From NCBI GenBank assembly GCA_951406725.2, contig OX597816.1, forward strand, positions 65,906,001-65,970,000: a stretch of DNA of 64,000 nt. The letters run 5' to 3'. A program made the position numbers and the translations under genes. Shown here one piece after another: positions 51,119 through 64,000 of this stretch. This DNA comes from Octopus vulgaris. Taxonomy: Eukaryota. The notes under the pieces were generated by a model. It was not told where the DNA came from and did not search any database. It worked only from the letters and a program-made list of their open reading frames with translations. Each line of letters opens with the position of its first letter. The stretch's first letter is position 1.

Positions 51119-54100
51119 AGTTTTCTCTGTTATATCTACATTAATCAAATATTACATTAGTTAAAGCCAAAACCAAAAGTAAAGGAGGTATTTTAGTATC
51201 ATAATTTTAAGAGGTCAAATCATTCCTTTGGATATAATCTTGAAGGTTCTTAGTAATCTTTTGTGCTAATATTATTAATATTAGTTATATGACAGGTGCA
51301 GGGAAAGCTTATAATTCAGCTATTACTCCCCTTTTTGATTATAAAATTTAGAGAATCAAAAATGAGACCACACATTATTCATCTCTCTACATTCTGTTTC
51401 ATTCATTCCTAAATATTATAACCGAACTTAAACTATTTTCTGTTTTTATCAACTAACATTAATATAATGCTAACTTTTAGTTTTCTCTTTATTAATTTTT
51501 CTTTTTTTCTTTCTTTAGTTGTACCTTTTCTTTTCACTCTTGACTAAATCTCCTTTAAATAGTTTCAAAGTATTCTTTAACATTTTCATTATTCTATCAA
51601 ATAGTTTTTTTGTTTTGTTTTTTTAACGATGGTTGTTAAAATATTTAAAAAAATTAAAACTCAGTTCAGCCTCAAGATTTGATTTACTTCAAAAATGTAA
51701 TCATGATATCGTATTTGAAGTATTATTATAATTTGGTTGCAATGTTACTAATTGCTTAGGTATTTGTCTCTAGATTGGTAGGTCCAGTATTACATTACCT
51801 TACTTCAAACAATATTTACATCATGGCAACTCATCATCCACTCACAATTTTCAAATTTGGTATCTTGATTCATTAGGTGTTCTAAATTTTAAAAAAAAAC
51901 ACTATCAGCCATCTTCATTTAGGTGCTTGTCATCATATTGCCAACTGTATCCTTCATTACAGTTCTTAGAGATCATCAAAACATTGTTGTTGACTTTATT
52001 TTTTAAAAAAAGAAGCAGTTATTATCTCATTTACTTTATTATTATTATTCTTTTGTTTTCAACACATTTGCATGCAAAGATGTTTCTAAGTTCATACACA
52101 TGTTAATAATAGTTTTAGTTTTGAATATTCTAACAGCTGGTATCCAGCTATGGGCTTCCTTAAGATTTGCCTTTTGCCACATACTTTTTAAGTTTTTCAA
52201 ATTTAGCTTATGCAACAAATATTTGTATTTCATAAATTAATAAATAATTCGCATGAAAATATTTCTATAAAATGTACTTCAAAGTATTACATTTGGTCTG
52301 TTTCCATTTTACTATGATATAGCTATTTTTTAAAATTTCAATCTGACAAAGCTTGATGAAAATATTGCAACATTCCCACCTCTGCCTTCTCCTCTTCCTT
52401 TCACCTCCTTTTTTCTCTTTCGAATTTCTCATTTTTGTTTCATATTTTGAAGCAAGTTAACTGATTCCAGTTTTCAGGTATGTCATATTTTGCCTCCTTT
52501 TCCCCCACATATTCTTCATAATGTACATTCAGTATCTTATTAAAATGATACTTGATACAGTTTATTTCTACAGTCTGCCCCATCATTGCATTAATTAGCA
52601 TTTCAACCCAAGGTTTTGGTCTGGTTATATATCTGATTTTTCTATTCTTCAAAACTTTCATTTGTCTTCCTCAGAAAAAAAAATGTTTTTAAGCTATCTC
52701 TGTATATTTTATTTGCTTCCTTCTGATTTCTTTAGGTCCTATTTTATTAATTTCTTCTTTCCTTCCTCTTTCAATAGTTGTCTAAACTATTCATTACACA
52801 ACATGCTACACAGATTTCCTCATTCTTGTACATTCATCCCCAATAATATATTTGTGTTCATCATTTTACAACAGATATAAAAACATTATATACATATATC
52901 TATATTATAAGATTTGGTGTTTTCGTAAGTGATGTGTGCCTATTTGTATATGTTGATATATCCTTTTTTTTTTTTTTTAAGTAGCTCATGGAGAGCCTTT
53001 TCGGGCCCTCTGCTACTGATTCAACTTCCTATGAGCAGCTTGCCTTTGAAAAAAAGAATTGTTGGGAAGAAAATGAAAGAGTCAAGATTAATACAAAATT
53101 ATTGTTTATTGTTAGGCCATAAACTAAAGCATAAACCGATGAAGAGCTCAGGCTAAAACAGCAATCCATACTTCATCTAAACAGCACAACACTACAGTTT
53201 TATTTCCCATCTGACTAACCACTAGCCTATCAAATATGTGACTGTTCTTATTTGCAACTAGAATAGTCTATTAAAATATATATCTTTATCAATATGTCAG
53301 CAATGATAAAAAGAAATTATTATATAGACCTACCCAATCTATTTCAGCAAGGAAAGAAAGTTTTAATTTTAAATGACTAGAAAGATATTACTATAAACAA
53401 GTATCTTCAATTTCTTATTATTCACTGATGTGACTTGATTTCTTCTTACCCTCTTTCATAGCCATTCTCTACAATAGGTTATTCAACTGTATTTTCAATA
53501 CATATTACCACCTGCTAGGTTTAACAAATCCAGTCCCTTTCACCATCGAGCTTATTCTTTTTCTACTGTGGCATAGAAAATTTTTGTATTTTTCTTTTTG
53601 TTTACCTTATATTTTTATTTTAAATTATAATACTTGGTTAAAGTTACATTTAATTTAGGAGTGTAAAATAACTAACATGGTTTAACTATATGCTTCTATC
53701 TAATAATTTCTGTAAATAACTGAATATATTACTGGATAGTTTGAAATGGAAAGATTTACAGGGGAAGTAACTCACATTTACTCAGAGAGGATACTAGAAA
53801 TTTGTCAGTCCTACTTCATCAGTCTTATTCTCAATATATCCATTTTGTATTTAAGATTATTGCACTCAATGTTATTAATAACTAATAGGCCCATTCGCAT
53901 TTGTATTGTTTCTCGGTTTAAGATCTAAAGGTTCAGAAAACTTCCGATTATATATGTTTTTGAGTTAGCTATCTCTACTTGTGTGTTTTGGGTCTTTCAC
54001 TTCAATATAGTCCCTATGGTACACAAAATTTAGATGCTTACTATAGAAATGTAATAATATAGTTGACAGTTATTTTATTTAATTTGTTTTCTTGTTAGTT

Positions 54101-54597
54101 TTTTTTTTTTTTAAATAATCCATTTTTAAAAAATCCTTTATAAATTTAATAATTCCTTATGTTATTTTCTAATATGTCTTATTTAAACATGTATTATTAA
54201 TTCCTATTATTTTTTGCTATTCTGAAATGTTTTTGTTTAGATTTATCTGACATTAGTTGTGTGTAGTTTTAAATTCTTTGATATATATATTTAATCTTTT
54301 CATCTATATGTTAATATCTTGTAATATTTTTTCGAAAATATCTATTTTCAGGATATTGTTTGATGTTTAACTCCTCTGAAATGGTTATTTGATAAATTCT
54401 ATTGACTTATTCTTGGTTATTCACTTCTTTTTTTTTTTTTTTCAAATCAAACTGTAGCTTATCAAAATTAACTTAATATGTAAAAATAAGTAACTCATTA
54501 TTTTTTTAAAGTATGTAGATAACAAGTTATTCTTGGTGTTTCAACATTTAAATTCATAGAGGTATACTTACGTATATAAGCAGAAGTGCATCATTCT

Positions 54598-54866
54598 TAT
54601 ATATATGTATGTATATATGTATATGTATACATATGCACATGTATATATACGTATGTATATATATATATATATGTATATATGTGTGTGTATGTGTATATAT
54701 GTGTGTGTATGTATATACATACATACATATATGTATGTGTGTGTATGTATATATATGTGTGTGTGTGTATATATGTGTGTGCGTGTGTATGTATATACAT
54801 ATATGTATGTGTGTGTATATATATATATATGTTTGTGCGTATGTGTGTGTATATATATATATACAC

Positions 54867-54900
<34 letters not shown>

Positions 54901-55152
54901 GTGTGTGTATGTATGTAATATGTATATGTGTGTATATATATGTATATATCTATATATGTATATATCTATATATGTATATATACATGTATATATGTATGTA
55001 TATATCTATGTATATATTTATGTACGTATATATCTATATATGTATGTATATGCATGTATGTATATATCTATGTATATATTTATGTATGTATATATCTATA
55101 TATGTATGTATATGCATGTATGTATATATATCTATATATGTATGTATGTACG

Positions 55153-55191
<39 letters not shown>

Positions 55192-55226
55192 ACATATATA
55201 TGTATATATATATGTATGTATACATA

Positions 55227-55257
<31 letters not shown>

Positions 55258-55340
55258 GTATATATATATGTATGTATACATATATATGTATATATATATA
55301 TATATATATTTATATGTATATATATATGTATGTATACATA

Positions 55341-55371
<31 letters not shown>

Positions 55372-55480
55372 GTATATCTATATATGTATGTGTGCATATA
55401 CATATATAATATACATATATGTATGCATATATATATATACATACAAACATACGTACATACATATATACATACATACATGC
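54598..55480. repeat. Compound (TA)/(TG)/(TATG) microsatellite of about 880 bp
   Basis: Directly visible; it is the source of the Y/I/M/C/V-rich ORFs. Confidence 0.97.
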
Positions 55481-56141
55481 AGAGAGAAAGAACGAGACAG
55501 CCATCCCTATGTTACATTTAATATGTAGATGCTGATTCCAATTCTTATAAAGATTTCTAGAGTCTAAATTTACCATCATGTGTGGATTTTGAAATACATA
55601 TAATATTAATCAGACTTCACTGTTTTCTTTATAGTCGTAGTATTCACAGTTTTTTTTTTTTCTTTTGTATATAAACAAAAATTACGAATTTGTGAAATAT
55701 AATGCTTTTAGATATTTGTAGCTTTGATCAAATTCAAATAACTAATTTTTGTCTGCAGAACATAAGAAAAATTGTAACAATATCTAACAAATTATTGTAA
55801 ATATTTACATTCATTTAATCCTGTATAGCTGCAAATGAAAAATGAAGCTTCCTGGTTATTTATACTTTTTGAATGTTAGCTTAAAAGTGTAACCAAATAT
55901 TTTCATAAATTTTGTGCAGATTGTTAGTGAGAAATTTTGCATTTGAAAATTTTGTTAATGTTATATTTTTAAAAAAATTAAATTGATCATAATGTGCTAA
56001 ATGTAAGTATTTTATTAATTTCCAAACGGAATTTAGAATTAATAATTCTTCTGTAATAGTAGAAATCTAATTTTTGTAACAGTGGGGGCATCTGTTATCA
56101 AAAGAAGCATTAATAGAACAAATTATACCAAATAATAATTC

Positions 56142-56369
56142 TGAACTCTGTAGCATTCATATTACTCTGTCAAATGCAATGCTTATTTATTCACATTGTT
56201 TTGAATTAATTGTGCATTATCTCATAGCTTTGAGACTTTAATGAAGTAATTGTTTATTTTTTTAATGACATCGTAGGTGAGGTGTAAGAGGCCAAATCTG
56301 ACTGATTTGAATATAAAACAGATAGAACATTTGAGCTAGGTGTGGTTGGTTTAACTACTAAAAGGTTAA
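56142..56369. mobile_element. Decayed copy of the piggyBac-type MITE at 8346
   Basis: Colinear interior (cacattgttttgaattaat..tgcattatct..tagct.tgaga) and right end aaaggttaa. Confidence 0.7.
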
Positions 56370-59300
56370 TAGCTAGGACTGCTGTTAGAAAATTGCAAAG
56401 TATCTCAGCATAAAAATTTAAAAGTTATTTACAATGGTACAGTTCCAAGTAGATTTTCATAATAAAAATTGATAAAGAATATTCATTGTCAGATTTGAAG
56501 TCGCCTTCAAAAAATGTCTTTCAAGTCCTCTCACAAACATTGTTGTCCATTCTTATGAGAAAAAATGCATCGTAAAGGAATACTCTAACATGGTAGTTTA
56601 GAAATAAAGACTTTGAAAGAAGGCAAAAATGTTTCCCTTCATTGATTTAGAACATTTCCTAAATGTAAGAAAAATTGTTTTGACTTACTTCTGCAAATGA
56701 AATATGCACCATAGCATATTTCATTATTATTATTGTTAATTTAATCAGCTTCTCTTTATATTCTTAAAACACCTTAATGTTATTGAAGTTAATATTTTTT
56801 CATCAATTCCTAAAAAAATAAACTAAACAGAATGTAATTTGTTTCTAGAGTCAAATTTATAATTTCTGACAGGTTTTTCTTTAACATTAAAATAAAATAA
56901 TAACATTTAAAATTTAGTCAGAGCTAGATGTGTGATTATAGTATGAGTTATGAATAATAAATATTTATATGTATTTATACATATCTATAGGTATTTAATC
57001 TCAGCGATAGATTAGACACACAAGGGCATATTTGGCATGAAGATTGAGTTGCTCAGATTCATTGTTATCTAACAAACCATCCGGATTCTCTTACCTCTCT
57101 TTTCCAAACAGCCACGAACAGTAGCTGAAGGCTTCTTATTAAAATGTAAACAAATATGTGAACTGTTAAATAACAATGAAATCAGTTAATCTGATACTCA
57201 ATCCAAGTGGCTGGACAAGCCCTCTAGGATAACATTTGCAGTGACTCTAACTACATTGGTACTCCTCTAATTACCATCTAATTGTCAGTGTTGTACCATT
57301 ATGCAAATGAAATTGTGCCCTTACACATATTTATTTACATTTTAATATGTAGCCTTCAGCTAATTTCATTTGCAGTTTGAGGAAGAGAGGTGAGCAAATC
57401 TTTAAATAACAATAAAAACCAGTCTGTTCACTTCTCATCTTAAATTGACAAAAAGGTTGCTGTGGGTCTAATTTCTCGACTAGGATGATGATGATGATGA
57501 TGATATATATAGATATGTGTATATAAAATACTTATATGCTGATTTATTTATTATTAATTTTATTGACTAGTGTATTTTGGTGGCTTTCCAGATTTCAACC
57601 AGTTACTCTGTTATGTAAGATTGTTATCAGCTGGTTGATCAGTCATCATTTTGAAGTATTTTGATACAGAAAACTTTTTTGTAAAACATTCTATTTTAAC
57701 TTTAACTGATAGAATGTTTTATTGATAAACTATAGCAACCAAACTTAATATGATAAAAATAAAATTTAGTTTTGTTGAAATGTCAATGTAAACAAATGTC
57801 ATATTTTAAACTTTCTTATATCATCATATTATTTCATTTTCCAAATCCTGTCTACAGTTGTATAATTTCTTGCATATCATTCATTATAATTCCTTGTAAA
57901 TGTATAGTGAAGTAAATAGAATTCTCTAAGTTCAGAAAGTCTTAAAGAGATAAACAATTACAATAGGAAGCTAAATTTATTAAGTTGCTTATCCAGGACA
58001 GGAAATCAGCTAATTTTGATGGATTAATATAATATAATATTTTAGCTTTTTTGAATTAAACTAATCATTTAAAGCATTTTCTGTTAATAACAGATTTAAA
58101 AGATTGGTTTGTTGAATCCATATCTAAATATTTTACAAGAAATTAGCCTCTCCTATCTTAGATTCTTCAGATTTGCAATATGATAGTTTTTGTGCAGTTA
58201 AAATATAAAATCTACCAGGTTTCAATTATATTAGTACATTTTACCTATTAATATTATAAAAACTAACAATTTTAGCTCTACCGTCTCCTATCTTTTTCTT
58301 TCTGTTTTTAGAGTTTGTTTTCTTGTTTAGAGCATTCTGTCCTCTGACATTATTTTAGATAATAATTGTTATTTTCCCTATACCAGATGCTATGATTTGG
58401 TACTCGTTTCTTCAGTTATTCTATCAAAACATTTTTCAATACTGCTTAATTTCCATTCCCTTTACATTTAGATAGCTTAGTACACACTTCTCTGTATAGG
58501 TTCTAACTGAGTACAAAGGTATTTCATTTTATCTGTATTATATATTTTTCCATGCTAATTATCTTTATTTCACCAATTATGTAACATAACTTTTAAATTA
58601 GTTTTTCTAGATATGATTCTTTTTGCAATTTGCTTAATTCTTTCAAGTTTTCTCATAGGAATGTGTTCTTTACTTACTGATAAAAGTTTAAATTTACATC
58701 ATTTTTTTTTTCAACCAATTATGAAAATTTAATCTTTTTTCAGGAACTTTTACTTTAACTCTAACATATGAATTATTCTTGTATAAGTTATTTAAACTAT
58801 ATTTTTATACATATCAGCATAGTGAGTTTGCAAACATTTACTCATACAGTAGCAAGTTCACCTTATTGAGAACATCATTCTGTTAGAAAAAGAAAAGCTC
58901 TCTCTGTGTACCCTTAGAATGTCAAGCCAAAGTAGAAATTCTTACTTTTTTCAATATTTGTCTAACTAATCTTATAAGGATGCTATTTCTTTTATTTGTA
59001 TTTCATTTTGTTTCAAATGTTATTTCAAATGAAGTAAACTATCGAATTCTGTTGCAATAACCTATAAACTCACTTTCAGATTAAAAAAAAAAAAATTCAA
59101 AAAGAAGTGGTGTAATTATTTCCCTGCTGAATTTATACTGAACATAAGTTCAGAAACCAAAGTGATGGAGGGATGCTGTGTTGGAGATAAACCAGCAGCT
59201 GACCTTATCCTTGGGAAATGTGTTGATTCCATTGAGAATATACTTCAAGGATCATGAAAGTGGAGGACATTCAAATCAAGCTTTTCAGATTAGATCCTGT

Positions 59301-60694
59301 GTGGAATTTCCAAACCATTCAATAGGTTTATAACTTGATCCACTCAATCTTGAGCTGACTCTTTGACTATGTCTACTGCCTAATTGATAACAAGTGGCTA
59401 CTACAGATGAGTCCCCCAGGGTCAAAAACACGGACTTGGTGTTCCTATTGCAAAACACTGGCCACTACCAGCTTATAGCTTACTTAAGAACTCATTCTCA
59501 ATAATTTTAAATTGATGTCAATATCTTAATCAAGCTGGAAGCCTCCTGCCTTGTGAAGGTTGATACCTTCTTGGAGTAGTTTATTTCATCTTTACCAGAT
59601 GGTTTGAAGTTCTCCCCAGTTAATATGTTCCAGTTCAGCTTATCTTTATTGTGTCACTTGTCAACTATTTGTAATGTTGTGGCTCTTGGTTGTACGAATC
59701 TCAGGGTTCAATAGGCATATGCCATTAAGCAATTTCCATCTTAACAGTCAGTACTCTGTCAGGCATGGAATATTCCCAAAGGAAACCACCTGTTTGATCT
59801 ATGAACCTATCTATAAATTTTCAATCTAACCAGTCTATAAATTCTCAATATCCTACAACTTCAAACTCAGACAGAGCTAACATATTGAATTGTCACATTT
59901 AGAACATTATCCACAATCTCACTAGTAAAACAGGAATTTCTACCACAGCCAAATTTAATCAATCTTACAAAAAGGAGATGAGCAAATGTGTATTTTCCAA
60001 CCAGCTTTTAAAGGGAACGAGATGGTTGTTAAATGGAAGTGCTTAAGAAGTGTGAGTAAAACAACTATTAAGATTAAGATTCTTGAGGACAGATAATATT
60101 TAAAGTTGAAGAAATACAAGAAGGATATTGAGAAAAATCAGTTTGAATTTACCCCATTCATAATAGGCTAGGTAGAAGATTCCACCCTAAAGTTTGACAC
60201 TTCATCAGGAAGCTATACATTCCAAGGTGAGGAAAGAGAGATATATTGATGGCAGTAGCAACCAGCCAGTTATCACAACAGATTTTGTATTCTTTGAAAT
60301 GCTATCAAGCAAATATCCTTTCATCTTTAAATGGAAGTTGAAAAGAATGAAGGACTCATCCCACAGGTAGATGAGATTTGGGACTCTGAAATTATATGAA
60401 GAAGAAATTGAAAAAGTATGTTATGCCTTTGTTCTGTTTTTATCTCTAAACATTCACAACAATTTCTTAAATATTAAAAAAGAAATTTTACATAAAAAAT
60501 ATAAAATTAAGGAAATAGAATTCATAGACAATATTGAATAATTGACTGAAATCTTGATCAAATTTTCATAATTTTTCATCCAATTCAGTTTATTACATTT
60601 TTTGTTTTTGTGCTTTCATGACTATCATGTGTTGATTTAAGGACTTCATATATGTGTGTGTGTGTATGTATGTGTATATATATGTATATGTATG

Positions 60695-60740
<46 letters not shown>

Positions 60741-63700
60741 TGTGTATTATTCTTTAAGAATAGTATTAACAGTGTTTTGGCTAGCTAAGCCATCATTGGA
60801 CTGTCCAATGATGGATTTGAAGTTACTGTCAATACTATTCTTGTTAAAGAATAAATTTGTACTCTACAAAAAGTGTTAAACAATCCTAATTCTTCAGTTT
60901 AATGAAAATTTTTTATTACATAAAAACACACCTACATATATATATATTTATATATATGTATGTATGTGTGTGTGTGTGTAGTGATATTAAAAATAGAAGA
61001 TATTTTTAACAATTTTCCATCAAATTTATCAAGCTTATGGGCTCCCAATGCATTCGTTAGAAAATTATCTACTTTGCATTTCAAGTTTTTGTCTCTTTAG
61101 GAAGTCTTGTTCTTAATGTTCCATTCCTGTGTTGTTTCTTGTTACAAAATACATACCATTAGTTCCGCTGCTTTATGTTGTTATCTGTCACTTTTCAGTT
61201 GACCAATTAGATGCCATAGGTAAATGTGTGAGGATAATGCTGTTATAAGTTTTAGCAATCATTTTATGTCTATTGCTTGTCTTGGATTCATTAGATTCAT
61301 TATTTGTATCACTGTAGTATCTACTATTTTATGATGTTGACTTTCTGTGGTTTTTTGGGAGGATTTTTGTACTGTTTTCCAATGTTTTCTTAAGATTTTT
61401 TTTTGTATGTTTAGGGAGTGCATACATAGTATGCACTCTGTGGTAAGCTCTCTTGGTTTTAATTTTAAAAAATAAATCCATAAGCTTTAAAAAACTGATG
61501 GAAAATCGTTAAAAATATGTTAATCATATTTTTAATACTTAGTAACAAGTTGCTTCAGATTTATCCAAACATGTGCATGTTGGTGTTTACATTTTAATCT
61601 TGTATTTGTTAGTATGTATGGATAAGAATTGAATAGTATTGAATTTTAGACAAGATATAAAAATATATTATGTAATTATATTTTTTACATGGAGTTTATT
61701 CACAAATTTTTCTATAGATTTCAGTTAGTAATACATTTTGTCTTCTGAAAATATTTTTGATATAAGGATGAATCTAATGTAATAGCTAAGCTGTATCAAC
61801 TACAGGGCATTGCAATGTATTGAGTTGTATTTCAGCAAAAAATGTTGTCAACAAAAAGTGTTGATCTTGATCTTTGATGGCTGTTTTTTCATCTTATTGT
61901 ACTGATCAACTATGTTTAAATTTGTGTTTCTCACTCTAGTTCTAATGGATGTAAAGTTCTAGAAACAACAAGCTTTTGTCAATGTACCCATATGATTAGG
62001 ATGATGTATGATCTAAACTTTCTACTTTTGTTGAGTTAGTTATTTAGCTAGACATTATAATAGTGGTTAGCATGTCTCATAGAAATATATCTAAAGGTTA
62101 TCATACTAGAAATTATCAGCAATAATCACATTTACATACTTAAAATATAACATAACCCATGTCAGGAATTTATAAAAGGGTAAACCTGTAGGAATACTCA
62201 AAAACTGACTAGGAAAGACAATTTATCTATGTCAGCTATTGGTAGAATTCTATCTCCAAACTCAAAATAACAATATTTGGTATTCACCAAAACTTTACTT
62301 TTTCAATTAGCTTTCTTTTGCTTTCCTGAATGCTGAAAGTGAGTGATAAGCACATCAGAAACACCTCCCTCCATCATTGACATAACAAATTGTTTGTACT
62401 CTCAAGTTAGGCTAAGACCTTTAAATGATCTTCAAATGTGGTTTTTAAATGTGCTTTGTTTTATCCTCAAACGACAGTGAAATGATTGTAAGAAGAACAA
62501 AAATAACCTCTTGCCCACAAAATTCTTTAGACATTATCTCTTGGTAGAATAGAAATCACTTCTTACTCTATTTTCAACCACTTTTCCTATTCAGCAGCCA
62601 TCAATATGGTTTTATAAGAGAGATTTTCTGTAGCATGCATGAATGGTTTTATGCTTTTGATAATTTTCACTAAAATGAAGTTGTTCCTCTTAACATTTGT
62701 AAAGCCTTGAATTAAGTCTGACATTAAGGTTTTGTGGGCAAAACTGCTTGTTCACAAGTCAAGTTTTTGAAAACTTATTTCAACATCACACACCGATGAA
62801 ACTTATTCCATTAAATTTAAAATGGCTCAAATATTAGTTAATTCTCTGGCACATTCCACAAATCAAAATCACCTCAACCATGCAGAGACACACAGTCCTA
62901 TATTGATGACACTACCCTGTTCTCTTGTCTTATTTTCTATATACAATCTTCATTCACATGGCTTCCATGCCTTGTACCAATCTTGTAGATCATATATGCA
63001 AAAACACCTTCAAAAATATTTTGCATTGAATACCTAGTAACTTAGATTCATTTAACTCCATCAAAACTCAGGCACCACACAGCTTAAAAATCATATCACA
63101 TGATACATTTTTAGTAGTACTAATGTACTACTAAAAATGTGGCTGATATACAAGATATGACTACAATCTTTGATAATCTTGAAATATCACAAATATTATG
63201 TTTCCCTCTACAGTTCCTGAAAATAATTTGATATGAGCAACCACAAATATATTGCAAAGTCCAAATATGTCCTATACAAGCCTACTTCTAATTCATCTGG
63301 GATGGTTTAACAGTCACACACCTTGGATTCCTTCCAACATAAGTTATCTGCCTAATAGGCCCCCATTCAGTAACACTTCCCAATACTCACTCAACATTAA
63401 ATTATCTTGTTTTGTTTTTCTATTGATACAAAAGTTAATTCTGCTCTTCTGATTATGCTAATACTCTATCATCTCCATCCATATTCGCTTGTTGTTTTCA
63501 ATTCTCAACCACCTCTATACCTCTATCCCAGGTTCTATATCAACACTTTGTGTATTCAGAATTGCATTTTTCTGAAACTCTTCTATCCATTCATGTTTCA
63601 TTCTATACAAAAGTTTTCACAATTTAAATTCAATATTGACCACACAAACCTTACCTAATCAAGAAAAGTTTTTAAAAAGTTATAGCTACTGCCCTTCTTC

Positions 63701-64000
63701 CCAGACTAAGAAATGTATAAAAAAAAAAAAAAGAAGAAAGTATTTATCAATTTAACTAACTCTAAGATATAAAATAATGCTGACAAGACTTGTAAAACCT
63801 CTTTTGACAGTTTAATCCAGCCTAACAAAGTCATTTTCTTTGTTAATGAATTATTTCTTTATAAATCTTTTTTTTTTTTCTGTAAATGAGAAGTTTAACA
63901 AGTGCAACTTACAAATGTATTTTATCATTTTTCCAGAAGTTGTAACTACAGGAAAATTACATGGAATTTTAAACATATTTAAGTATTTATATATTAATAC

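Noticed and set aside
52929-53156. ORF containing RIVGKKMKESRL, superficially like the next RIM PDZ exon (LKVVGGKMTESGRL)
   Set aside because: There is no phase-1 acceptor at the right position, no GG motif and no continuing similarity. The true next exon was not found before 64000.
54586-55579. Multiple long ORFs (up to 307 aa) on both strands
   Set aside because: They are translations of a TA/TG microsatellite that lacks stop codons by composition.

Overview
This is AT-rich eukaryotic genomic DNA, dense in (TA)n/(CA)n microsatellites and SINE, LINE and MITE remnants. The repeat families suggest an octopus or other coleoid cephalopod, which is an inference from pattern recognition and not a search result. 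The whole window appears to lie inside one + strand gene encoding the presynaptic active-zone scaffold RIM (RIMS1/2, unc-10 family). I could find five exons by eye: a 968-nt exon (10354-11321), a 24-nt candidate microexon (23734-23757), two phase 1->0 exons that cannot both be included in frame (30082-30161 and 31826-32148), and the first PDZ exon (47964-48075). I did not find the upstream zinc-finger exons or the next PDZ exon, so they probably lie outside the window. Nearly all other ORFs in the track are repeat or microsatellite artefacts. The most interesting signals are the alternative-splicing cassette, inverted SINE pairs bracketing exons (possible circRNA or ADAR substrates), and several intronic hairpins. 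I see no evidence for a wholly new gene system.
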